Positions 13,518 to 25,339 of a DNA stretch of 64,000 nt are shown here, in pieces. Position numbers and translations under genes: made by a program. This DNA is from Lama glama. Lineage: Eukaryota. Where the stretch lies: the NCBI GenBank assembly GCA_028534125.1, contig CM052818.1, positions 8,930,001 to 8,994,000 on the forward strand, in the 5' to 3' direction. Position 1 is the stretch's first letter. Each line of letters starts with the position of its first letter. Under the pieces are notes generated by a model. It was given only the letters and a program-made list of their open reading frames with translations, made no database searches and had not been told where the DNA came from.

Positions 13518-14650
13518 ATTTTAAAAATTTTTGGTAATGCATTACTATTTTATTTATTCTGTCCATTAATAGCTAATACTTAAGAACATTTACAATATTA
13601 ATAGAACTAAATCTAAGAGAAGTTCAACTTACTTTTTTTTAAATCTCAATACTGGTCATTAATAAAAAAGACAGTGAAAATAACTGTCAAAACTATTATT
13701 TCAAAGACATAAATAATAAACACTGTATAGCACAGGGAACCATATTCAATATCTTGTAACCTATGGTGAAGAAGAATATGAGAATGAATGTATGTATGTT
13801 CCTGTGTGACTGAAGTATTGTGCTGTACACAAGAAATTGACACAACATTGTAAACCGACAGTACTTCAATAAAAATGTATGGAAAACAGTGAAAAAAATG
13901 TGGCAATGAATATATGTATGTTCATGTATAACTGAAAAATTGTGCTCTACACTGGAATTTGACACAAAATTGTAAAATGACTGTAACTCAATCAAAATAT
14001 GTTTAAAAAAAAGAAATGTGGTAAAAATAAAAAGATACAATTTGCAAAAAAAAGTATGAAAAAAAAAATAAATACCTGGTGTTAGTATGTCTACACATAA
14101 CTCAGTTTCAAGTATAAAGTTCTTTGGCTGCAAGAAAGAACAACTAGGTTTAGTTCACCAAGAGGAATATTTCTTAATGCTGGAATGACTTCTCTTGGTA
14201 TTTCTTCCGCTGTTGATTTTTGGCATAGTTATCTGTGACTGTATGGACTCCAAATAAGAGTACATAGCTGATTACTGCAGCCAATTACCATAGAAATAGG
14301 AAGTGGACAGATAATGCAACTGCCCAATATTTTTGAGGCCAAAAGCTTAAGCCTGAGGAGTTTAGCTAAGATTCAGGAATAAAAGCCCACAGGAGATAGA
14401 GTGTGAGGCCAGACTGGGAGCTTAAGAAGAAAGCCATAAATCACTCTTTCTGGCAACGATGATGGTGAATTTTCCACCATTTTCCCAGTGGCTTTAGACA
14501 ATCTCAGAACTGAGTCTGGGGCACAAGCCTCGCACAGGGAGTGGGGCAGAGCGGAAACACCAAAGGAAAGGCCAAGGGGCAATGGTGGCCCCAACCCCAG
14601 GCGCAGGTACACTGGGACCCTCTCCAGGGAGGCAGAGGGACCACGCCCAC
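13518..14650 (-). pseudogene. PIGP: Processed pseudogene of PIGP (GPI-GlcNAc transferase subunit P), with 5' UTR, disabled CDS (14480-14102), 3' UTR and decayed poly(A)
   Basis: The minus strand reads [25 protein letters not shown] / [37 protein letters not shown] / YVLLFG / [18 protein letters not shown] / VIPALRNI / FFLAAKELYT, collinear with PIGP and intronless. It has frameshifts, a TAG at 14368-14366 and an internal deletion. AATAAA lies at 13554-13549, followed by an A-rich tail. Candidate TSD: ttcttttattt (13507-13517) / tccttttattt (14651-14661). Confidence 0.93.
13720..14069 (+). mobile_element. Two tandem LINE-1 3' tails inserted in the PIGP pseudogene 3' UTR
   Basis: Two successive L1 3' termini (about 13720-13885 and 13890-14012), each ending in an A-rich tract. 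The second closely matches the young subfamily at 8170-8290. Confidence 0.85.
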
Positions 14651-14661
14651 TCCTTTTATTT

Positions 14662-15030
14662 CAAAATAAATGTTTATTTTTAGAACAGTTTCAAGTTTAT
14701 GGAATTATTGTGAAGATAGTACAGAGTTCTCACATACTCCACATCTTCTTTGCCTTATCATTAGCGTTTCATATTAGTACATCTGTCACAATTAATAGAC
14801 CAATCTGGGATACATTCTTATTAACTGAAGTCCATCTTTGAGACTTCCTCAGTTTTCCCCTAACATCCTTCTCCTGTATCAGGAGCCCATCCAGGATACC
14901 ATACCACTTTCACAGTTTTATCTCCTTAGGCTTCTCTTGGCTGTGGCTGTTCCCCATAACTTTCTTGTTTTTTGATGTCCCTTAAGAATTTTTTTGAGTC
15001 CTGGTCTGATATACTTTAGTGAGGTATCTG
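14662..15030 (-). mobile_element. Old L1MC-type 3' end
   Basis: ttttagaacagtttcaagttt...agtacagagttc...ccatccaggataccata motifs. Confidence 0.65.
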
Positions 15031-15033
15031 TTG

Positions 15034-16505
15034 AGATCTAACATCACACTTAGTAGTGAGAAATTGGATGCTTTCCCCCTATAATTAGGAACAAGGCAAG
15101 GATGTTCTCTCACCACTCCTATTCAACACTGTACTGACATTCCTAACTAGTGCATTTAGGCAAGAAAAGGAAATAAAAGGTATAGAGATTAGAAAGGAAG
15201 AAACAAACTCTATTCACAGAAGACATGAAAATCCCAAAGAACTGACAAAAAACCCTCCTGGAACTAAAAAGTGAGTAAAGCAAAGTCTCAGGATACAGTG
15301 TTAATATACAAAGTCAATTGCTTTCCTATATGCCAGCAATGAACTATTCGAACTTGAAATATCAAAAAGCAATTCCACTTACAAAGGCACCCAATAAGTG
15401 AAATACTTAGGAATAAGGCTAATAAAACATGCACAGGACGATACGGGGAAAATTAGAAAACTCTGATTCAAAGATCTAAATAAATAGAAATATTCCATTT
15501 TCATGGATTAGAGACTCAATATTGTTAAGATGTCAATTCTTCCCAACTTAATCTGTGGATTCGATATAATCAAAATCAAAATCTCAGCAAGTTATTTTGT
15601 AGATTATGACAAACTGATTCTAAAGTTTATATATAAGGGCAAAGGACCTAAGCCAACACAATACTGAGGAAAAAGAACAAAGTTGCAAGACTCACACTAC
15701 CTAATTTCAAGACTAACTATGGTATAAATCTTTAATAATCAAGACAACATGGTATTTATGAAAGAATAGACATGTATGTAGATCAATGAAATAGACTAAA
15801 GAGTCCAAAAATGGACCCACACAAATATACCCAACTGATCTTTGGCAAAGGGGCAGACGTGATCCAATGGAGAAAGGATAGTCTCTTCAATAAATGATGA
15901 TTGAACAAATGATGATGGATGCCCATATGCAAAAAAACATGAACCTAGACACAGACCTTGTTATACCTTATACAAAAAGTAATTCAAGATGTACTATAGA
16001 CTAAGTAAAATGCAAAACTATAAAACTTCTTGAAGAAAACATAGGGGAAAATTCACATGACCTTGGGTCTGATAATGAGTTTTCAACTAAAACATCAGTT
16101 GCATGATCCAGGAAAGAAATATTAATAAGTTTGACCTTATTAAAATTAAAAATGTCTTCTTTGCAAAAGACATCATTAAAATTATGAAAAGGCAAGCCAA
16201 AGACTTGGAGAAAATACTTGCAAAACACATATCTGATACAGGATTTGTATATAAACTATACAAAGAACAGTTAGAACTCAACAATAAGAAAATAAACAAC
16301 CCAGTTAAAGAGTGAACAAAAGATCTGAACAGATACCTCACCACAGAAGATCTACAAATGGTTAATAAGTGCATGAAAAGATTCTCAACATCATTTGTCA
16401 TTAGAGAATTGCAAATTACAACAATGTGATACCACTACCAACCTATGAGAATGGCTCAAAAAAAAAAAAAAACCCAAAACTAAATACCAACTGCGGGGGA
16501 GGACA
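15034..16505 (+). mobile_element. Decayed LINE-1 ORF2 segment (RT to C-terminal region)
   Basis: ggaacaaggcaaggatg...caccactcctattcaac, and the ORF fragment KFDLIKIKNVFFAKDIIKIMKRQ. Multiple stops and frameshifts. Confidence 0.9.
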
Positions 16506-16599
16506 AGGACTTTTGTGGGTGCTCTTTGTCAAATTGGGGAAATTCCCCTCTATTCTCAGTTTGCTGAGTTTTTATCATGAATGGCTGTTGAACTTTTAA

Positions 16600-17412
16600 G
16601 GGTAGATTCATATGTAGGTATAAGAAGGAATACAGAGAGATCCACATATTTTTTACTCAGGTTCCCCCAATGCTAACAGCTCACAAAGCAATATTACAAC
16701 AAGAATATTGGCATTAATACAATCCACCAATCTTATTTAGATTTCTTTAGTTTAACTTGTACTCGTGTGTGTGTGTGTGTTTATACGATTTAATCTCATG
16801 ATTAGGTTTGAATATCCACCACCACAGTCAAAATACAGAACAATTACATAACCACAGGATTTCTCTTGTTACCTTTCATAACCACACCCATCTTCATCCT
16901 GTTCCTTCTCCTTACAACCCTAATCCTTGGCAACCACTAATTTGGTCTCTATTTCTAAAATGTTGTTATTTTAAGGATGTCCTATAAATGGAATCATACA
17001 GGGTGTATCTTTTTGGATGGACTTTCATCAATAGTTCATTCATTTTTATTGCTGTATGGTATTCTATGGTATAGAAGCACCAAAGTTTGTTTAATCATTA
17101 CCTGCTATTGAAGGACATCTGGGTTATTTCTGCTTTTTGGCTATTATTAGTAAAACTGCTACAAACATTCATGTACAGGTTTTTGTGTGACCATAGGATT
17201 TTATTACTCTGGGATAAATGTCCAAGGAATACAATTGCTGGGTCACATGGTAAGTATGTGTTTAGATTTGTAAGAAACTGCCAAACTGCTTTCCAGAGTG
17301 GCTGTACCATTTTACTTTCTTACCAGCAGTGTATGAGTGATTCAGTTTTTCTGCATCTTTGCCAGCATTGGGTGCTATCCCCAATTTTGCTTTAGCCATT
17401 CTGATAGATGTA
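16600..17412 (-). mobile_element. L1MB-type 3' region
   Basis: Antisense ORF fragment VQPLWKAVWQFL plus 3' UTR motifs. Confidence 0.85.
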
Positions 17413-19763
17413 TACATACTTTTTTTTGAAAAGCCATAAATGTCTTAAAACAATTGAGCCAACACTAACCAGCTAATGCTCCCTATATGCCTAGCTCCAA
17501 GTTAGGCTTTTTGAGTGTGGTGGAGACTCAGCTCCTGCATACGAGGGACAGTAGAGGCAAGATTAGAGCATTAGAGGAAGCCAGTTACCCCAAAGTCACC
17601 CCTAATGGGCTCACCAGTAATTATGTGTGTTGGATGATAAACCCTGAGCCCCTAATAGGAACCCGTGTCAGTGAAATCTCTGTAGCTCTCAGAGGGGAAA
17701 AAAACCCCCACATCACTGTCTAGATGCAGCAGAGGCTCAGAGTTGGCTGTTTGAAACTCCAGGTAAAAGAAATGGCATTTACCCTCTGGATCTCCAAAAG
17801 AGGGTTCAGATTTTGCCTGTGCTTTGCAAAGAAATAGGACAAAGCAACGAAGTCCTACCTGTGGCAAAAAGGGACTGATTTTCAACCTGAGAGAGCACGT
17901 ATCCCTTTCTAGTAGATTCCATTAAGGAAGGTTCCTAGATTGTCATCCAAGTTCAGTTCTCTCATTTTCCCCAACTTCTGTCTATTGCATCAAGCTTAGG
18001 GCATAAAGACAGTTGTGAATATGGATTAAACCGTGTTATTGTACAGTTATTGGATCTCATTTATCTAAGGAGTAGAGGGCCTTGATGTACCAAAAATATT
18101 TGGCTTAAAAAAAAACAACTCTTTAGACAAAGGTCAGTTTTGTCTGGAATGACACACATCACTGTGCTCCAGACCTCACAGAGGCCTAATGCTATCAGGG
18201 GAGTTTCCGTCCTTCCCAGCATACCTGTCTCCATCCCTGCCCTTCCTGCCCTTCACCCCAGGGGACATCTATTGTCCACACTCTGGTCTAATTTTTCAAA
18301 AAAGTATTTATTTATACCCCACCCTATACCAAAAAACCTTTGAAGAAATTTTAAAATTAAAATACTTTCATGCAAAACAGAACAAAAAGGAAAACAGAAC
18401 TAAAATTAGTTAAAAGGAAGCAGAAAAATAGATGTGGACAAATTAGTATTTATCATCCACAATTTTTATATTTTGCTTTAAGGAATGCTCTTGGCTTCTA
18501 ATACTCAAGTGCAATAACACTTTTAGGAAGCCATCCTTCGGCTTTTCCCATATAACCTCTTCAAAGTTTTAGGTTCAATTTATACACCCATATTTTCCAT
18601 TTCACCATTTTGTTCTTCAATTACTGAGCTTTTAGTGGCTTATCCACTTAAATAAATATCTTAAGAAGGATTTTTTCCAGTAGTCTCCATCAGTCTCCAG
18701 CTGATGTTATTAACCCTTCTAGAAAACTCAACAGATGGTCTCTCTGTTGCTCTCATGGCAAGCATTATTCATCTTGAAAACTTTCTGATGATAACTAGCG
18801 AAGATGTGATAAAGCCAGTTTCTCAACAGAGAAAAATCAGCTGATGAATAGATATACACTGCTGTTAATATATGCTACCTGAGATCAGGGGTCTTGTCTC
18901 TCTTGTCCACTCATGTGCCTCATACAGTGCCTGAGACAGAGCAGGGACTCAGATATTTACTGAAAACTGTTGAGTGCTGTCTCTGAGCAGGATACTCTTT
19001 ATAGACATTCTGGGAATATGCAGAAATAAAGGATTCTGGGGTTCATGACTGGCACCCCCCCACAAACCCACCCAAGGCCCATCATGGGCGAATGGTAGTG
19101 AAAGTTTCAACTTCCTATTCCTAGGTCGTTCAGAAGCCCCAAGATTCCCTTTGTGGTTCCCATCTTCTCTGGAGGCCGTGGAAACCCTGCACAAGACCAC
19201 CATATGGAACTGGGAGGGGCATGTCCACTGAAAAGCCTTGGCTACTTGAATATAGAGATATCTTAGCATGTAGTCACCCCCATAACCATCAACCTCTGGG
19301 AATGGCCACAGTGACACCATTTCACGAAGGAAACACAGTAGCAAGAAGTCATGTGTGAAATGACCTCTTGGATCCTTTAAGTTTTATGGTTGTGGTTATC
19401 CCAATGCCATGACAAGGCTGCCTCAAACTGAGACGAGATCTCCCAAGCCACAGGCTTTACTGTCCCTCTGGGCCCTGTTAAAGCTGCCTCCTGACTTCCC
19501 AGCTGCTGTCCTATCATCTTTTCCGAATACTTAAGTGCCCATTAGTTTCTAGTGCTTCTCAGATGCTGTAGCACTTTCTGTCTGGCTCCTGCCCTCTTAG
19601 ACAACAGGCAAATGTTTAGGGTGAGAGAACCAACTGAAATACCAATAAATAAATTATATGAGATACATACATTCCATGCTCCAAAACTCTAATCTGAGAA
19701 TAAGATCCCCACTCAGTTTAACCAGACCATATTTCTCTTTCTGATAAATACACTAACAGAGGA

Positions 19764-19940
19764 CAGCAGGTTTCTCATTCTTGGCACTATTTGCATTTTG
19801 GTTCCAAATAAGTTCTTGTTGGTGCTGCCCTGGGCTGTAGGATCTTTAGTAGCATCCCTGGCCTCTGTTCACTAGAATTTGGTAGCAGCTGCCCCCCAAA
19901 TTCTCCAAACGTTGCCAAATGGCCCTGTTTCAAACCACTG
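19764..19940 (-). mobile_element. MER20 (hAT-Charlie) DNA transposon
   Basis: Ends caggtttctca...aaaccactg, with internal agcatccctggcctct...cactaga matching the MER20 reverse complement. Confidence 0.8.
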
Positions 19941-20106
19941 GAGCAGAGTAGGCAACACAATTCGAAATCCAGCCTACAAAAAAAGGTAGTGAACACATCA
20001 GCACAAGGCCAATGAAATTTGTCCTTAAAAATAAGCAAAATGTCAGTAATTGGTGACTCTTGTAGCTTTCTGCAACTTAAAAAATTTTTTCCAAATAAAA
20101 AGTTTT

Positions 20107-20266
20107 AAAAAATATTTTATTTATTATTGTATTATTTGATTATTTTATTTTGGTGGGGAAGAGAGGTAATTAGGCTTATTTATTTTTAGAGGAGGTACTG
20201 AGGATTGAACCCAGGACCCTGTGCATGCTAAGCATGTGCCCTACCACTTAGGCTATACCCTTCCCC
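20107..20266 (-). mobile_element. tRNA-Ala-derived SINE (Vic-1-like)
   Basis: tRNA-like head with A/B boxes and an AT-rich tail. TSD caaataaaaagtt at 20092-20104 and 20268-20280. Confidence 0.9.
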
Positions 20267-20321
20267 TCAAATAAAAAGTTCTTAAATAAGTGTGAAAGAG
20301 AGAGCTTGGATTCAAGCTTGA

Positions 20322-21770
20322 TTTTTTTTTTAGCTTTATTGAATTATAATTCACATACCATACTATTCACCCCTTTAAAGAGTAAAAGTCAATGTCTTTA
20401 GTATGTTCACAGGTTTGTGCAACCATCACCAAAATCTAATTGTAGACAGTTTCATTCTCCCCCCAAAGAAATCCTATGCCCATTAGCAGTCACCCAGGTT
20501 GCCCCCAGGTAACCAGGCAACCACTTATTTACTTTGTCTCTATAGATTAGCCTATTCTGGACATTTTACATAAATATAATTGTAAATTATTACATTTACA
20601 TTACATTTATTAAAATGTAAATGTAATATGTGGTCTTTCATGGGTGACTTCTTTCATTTAGAATGTTTTCAAGGTTCAGCCACGTTGTAGTGTGTATCAG
20701 TCATTCCTTTTTATTGCTGAAAAACAGTTTTTGGTGAGTGTATATTTTCATTTCCCTTGGGTATATATTTAGGATCAGAATTACTTGGTCATATGGTAAA
20801 CTTATGTTTACGATTTTGAAGTTTCAAAAGCGACTGCACCATTTTACATTCCCACTAGCAATGTATAAGGGTTCCAGTTTCTCTGCATCCTACCCCACAC
20901 TTGTTATTGTCTGGCTTTTGGTTATAAGTATCCTACCTCACTGCAGTTTTGATTTGCATTTCTCTAATGACTCATAACATTGAGCATCTTCTCATGCACT
21001 TATTAGCCATCTGTAACTCTCCTCTGGACAAATGTCTATTTAAATCCTCTCCAATTTTTAAAAAATTAAGCTTTCTATTTTGAGGTAATTGTAGATTCAC
21101 ATATAGCTGTAAGAAATAATATAGAGAGATCCAAGAATCCTTTACTCAATTTTCCCCATGCAACATCTTGCAAAACTACAGTATAAATATCACAGTCAAT
21201 ACTGACATTGAATCCAGAAACAGAACACTTCCATCACCACTAGGATCCCTCGTGTTGCCCTTTTATAACCACACCCACTTCCCTCCTGCCCCTACCCCTC
21301 CTTATCCCTGGCAACCACTGATCTCTTCTTCACGTCTATGATTTTGCCATTTAGAGAATGTTATGTGAATAAAATAATACGGTATATAACCTTTTGGGAT
21401 TGGTTTTTTCCACTCGGCATAATTCTCTGGAGATTCATCCAGGTTATTTTATGGTCAATAGTTTCTTTTTATTGCTGCGGAGTTTTCTATCGTATGGATG
21501 TACCAGTTTAACTATTCACCGGTTGAGGGACATTTGGGTTGTTTCTAGATTTGAGCTACTATAAATAAAGCTGCTATTAACACATGTGTACAGGTTTTGG
21601 TCTGAACATGTATCTTCACTTCTCTGGGATAAATGCCCAGTATTGCAATTGCTGGGCTGTACGGTAGTCATATGTTTAGGTTTTTAAGAAACTGCCAAAC
21701 TGATTTCCAGAGTGGCTGTGCCACTTGACATTCCCTCTGACAATGTACGGGTGATCCGTTTCTCCTCCGA
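20322..21770 (-). mobile_element. Two adjacent or nested L1MB-type 3' regions
   Basis: Antisense L1 3' ends start at about 20322 and 21060. ORF fragment VAQPLWKSVWQFLKNLNI. Confidence 0.85.
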
Positions 21771-22859
21771 GTGACGGCTGGGTGGGGAAGGGAGACCCGG
21801 CCCTCCCTGCTGCGCTTGCCTGCTATAGAGCTTTTGCAACAAGAGCTGTGGGAGGCGGGTGAGAAAACTAGCAGCCTGTCCCTCCTGGGGTTAAACTGTG
21901 ATCCTGGACTGGGAGATTCTGGGGAGGAGGCCCTGTCTCCCTGGCTGTACTTGTCTGGAGCATAATGCCTGAGGTAGAACTTCCAGAACATGAAGCAGGG
22001 AGAAGGGATAAAAGAGCCTGTCCATGTCCCAAATGCCAGAGCCCCTCCCTGTTCTTACTGGGATTTAGTGGGTTTTCTTGAATCAATGTTTCCTCACTTG
22101 CAGTATGTCCTTAGGACAATTCTCAGAGATTCATTTCCCCCATATTGTTATTTGCCAGGGATAAACTCTGCCCAGCTCCTTACCCTGCCATTCTGGAGGT
22201 CCCAGCCCCTCAAGCTTGATTCTTGGTATTTCCAAGAATCTGATAGAGGGAAGAATCTCCCATCTTGCCCCCCAATTTTAAATTCCCAGAACAGTGGACC
22301 ATCCCAGATCCTCCCCGGGCTGATGACACTGTAAGTGCTGTCGCCTCCCTGGGGTCTCAGACGCCTCCTGGGCTCGGTGAGGAGCACTGCCCAGGTAACT
22401 TGGGGCTGGCCTGCCTTGACAAGGAGAATAGAGCTTTCTCTCTCTCTCTTTTTTTTTCCTAAAGGAGATTGGCTGTGTCTCCACACATTACACTAATGTA
22501 ATGTAAAATGGATTCATGCTAGACTGAAGCTAGTATAAGGATTTTACACTATAAATACTGCCAATTCCAGGAGCATGTCTTGATGCACTCAGCTGAGTGG
22601 CTTACGAAGCTGGTCACTGACAGAGGAATCAGCACATCAGGCCAAAGAGGGCAGGGACAAGCTTTTTTTTTTTCTTTTTTTAATGGATAATACAGTAACA
22701 TGGTTCACAGAATGACATACAGTAGGAAGTCTTCCAGCCATTCCTATCCCTCTGCCACCCAGTTCTTTCTTCCTACAGGCCATCCATGAAACTAGTTTCT
22801 TTTACATCTTCCCAGGTTCATTTTATAAAAGCAACTCTGGACATATATTTTATTTTTCT

Positions 22860-23055
22860 CAGACGACCTGGGTTTAAATCCCAGTTTCGTCACTCTCAAA
22901 ACAAGCTGTGTCACCATGGATAAGTAACTTCACCTCTCAGCCTCAGATTCCTTATCTAAAACATGGGAGTAACGGTACCTACTTTACAAGGTTAAGGTAA
23001 GTATTTAGTAAGATTGTGTTTAATGGTGCTCTCTAAATAGAAAAGTGCTATACCA
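22860..23055 (+). mobile_element. MIR SINE
   Basis: cctgggtttaaatcccag...gctgtgtcacc...acctctcagcctcag core. Confidence 0.8.
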
Positions 23056-25339
23056 ACACTGGCTGTTGCTCTAATGGGAGCAGCAACTAAGTACCAGCAG
23101 TGAGGTGGAGATTGGCTGTACTTAGCAGGTGCTTGGAGATCAGGAGTCAGTGGTGCTGGGGAAGAACCTGAAGCTGATCAGGGAGAGAGCACATGGGCCA
23201 CAGGGAAACTCCAGCATGGCTGAAGTAGGCAAGAAATAGGGTCTGACTGGTTTGCAAGGTAAGAACTTTGGGAAGTTAGTGACACCCAAAAGCCACCCTA
23301 TTGCCCATGTACTGAAGGCAGCCAGCAGGGTTCAAAGTCAGCTGTGGCCCTGATAAAGAGAGTGCCTTCCCCTGGGACGAAGCCAACTTTTGGACCAGTA
23401 ACAAGGCTGGGTTTAACCCAAAAGAGACTTGGGTAGGTTAGGGTCTTCCAAAGACCATCCAGAAGGACCTGTTTCAAAGATCATCCAGAATGCAATTCAT
23501 AACAAGGTTAACCCAGGACATATGACACAGGCTCAGGCCAGGAATAAGAAAATTAGGACCCAAATTGAGTTAAGTTTCCAACTTTTTCCTTTTTGGTAGA
23601 ATGTGTGCAGTAGCAGGGAAAGCAAGAGAAACCAGAAGGTCATGGCAAGGAGTCCAAAAAATGTCTTACGTCTTCCTCCATCTGGGTTACCACATTGGAA
23701 ATGTTCTACAGGGAGTCTATCCTAGGTTCTCATTGTCCCTTCAAACCAACTTCAAAGGATCATAGGGGTGGTGGAGTGAGGGAGATACCAACAGTCTCTG
23801 AATAGGATGTGATGGACAAATCTCTGCCCAGGAGAGGTGAGAGAGGTGCGTACAGCAGAAGACAGCTGGGAGGCAGGTGGAGAAGCAGCCAGTTGAGAGA
23901 CTGCAGTTCCCATTGCTCGTCATCTGTTTTTGGAGGATTTCTACATGCAACAGGAGGAACAGTCGCCTGCCATGCTGAGGGCTACCTCTCAGGCCACAGA
24001 CTGCAGCTTCAGCAAGCCTCTCACCAGGTCTGGCTGAGGCAGGAGGCCTGGCAACTGCCTGAGGTTCGTTAAGGGCTGAGTGAGCACCAAGGCATACCCC
24101 ACAGACCAGTAGTACTGACTAGCCCCCTGCAGTCTCGAGTTTGCTGTAACAAGAGCTGGGTGTTCACGTCGAAGCCCAGATCAACGCTGGTTGCTGGGGC
24201 TGAGGAGTCTGGTCGCTACCACTCTAGCCTCAGCAGCACTTTCCAAGATAGGACCAAAATTCCCCATCGTGAGCTCTGGTATGTTCCAGAAGCGCGTTTC
24301 TCACTCTCGCTTCAGCTCCCACTCTGCTGTCTCTGGTTCTCTGAGACTGATGAAACAAGGAACTGAGAAAGAAACAGGAGGCTTTAAAGGGACTGCATCT
24401 GTGGAGGACTAAAGGGTGAAAAGGAGGCAGATGGGAGAGTTTTTTAAAAAGGATTTTATCTTTTTGTTATTGTTTGCCTTTTAATAATTGTTTGATTTAA
24501 ACAAACAAACAAAAAACTGTCTCTGCCTCTTTTTTCTCCCAACTTTTTATTATGAAAAGTTTCATTTCTTCAGTAGCCCAAAAGAAGAAGAAAAAAATAA
24601 AAGAAAAATTTCAAACTCACAGAAAAGTTGAAAAACACATACAGTGACGTCAAAAGAGCAATCCATAAAAATAAACTGGACTTCATCAAAATTAAAAGCT
24701 TCTGCTCTTTGAAAGATATTATTAAGAAAAAGAAAAAAAAATAAACCACAGATTGGGAGAAAATATTTTTAAAACACGTTATCTGCTGAAGGACTTGTAT
24801 CCAGAATATATGGAGAACTCACACAGCAAATAACCTAATATAGGCAAAAGATTTGAACAGACACTTAACCAAAGAAGGTATACAGATGGTAAATAAGCAT
24901 GTAAAAAGATGCTTAATATCATAAGTCATTAGGGAAATGCAAATTAAAACCACAGTGAAATACCACTACACAGGCTGTAATCAGAAAAACTAACAATATC
25001 AAGCATTGATGAAAATGTGGGGAACTATATTGCTGATGGGAATGGAAAATGGTATCATCACTTTGGAAGTCTGGCGGTTTCTCATAGAGTTAAACATCCC
25101 ACTCCTCGATACTTACCCAAGAGAAGTGAAAATCTGCGTTCACACAAAAATCCATATGCAAATGTTTATAGTAGCAGTGTTTATTCATAATTATAGTGTT
25201 ACATTTAGTGTTATGTTCATAATTATAGAGTTGTATAAATATAAGTTATATTTATAGTGTTTATTTTTAATTGCCTAACACTATAAACAATCCAAATGTT
25301 CTTCAGCTGATAAATGGACAAACAAAATGTGGTACATCC

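Noticed and set aside
14373..14612. 79-aa ORF as a functional PIGP retrogene
   Set aside because: It shifts out of the PIGP frame after GF and loses both transmembrane segments. The downstream homology has stops and a deletion.
23700..24420. Moderately GC-rich unique-looking block with several short ORFs
   Set aside because: No recognisable protein, poly(A) tail or TSD, and too few CpGs for an island.
25165..25270. Imperfect AT-rich repeats (tagtgtt..ttcataattatag)
   Set aside because: Local slippage within an L1, with no regular repeat-spacer structure.
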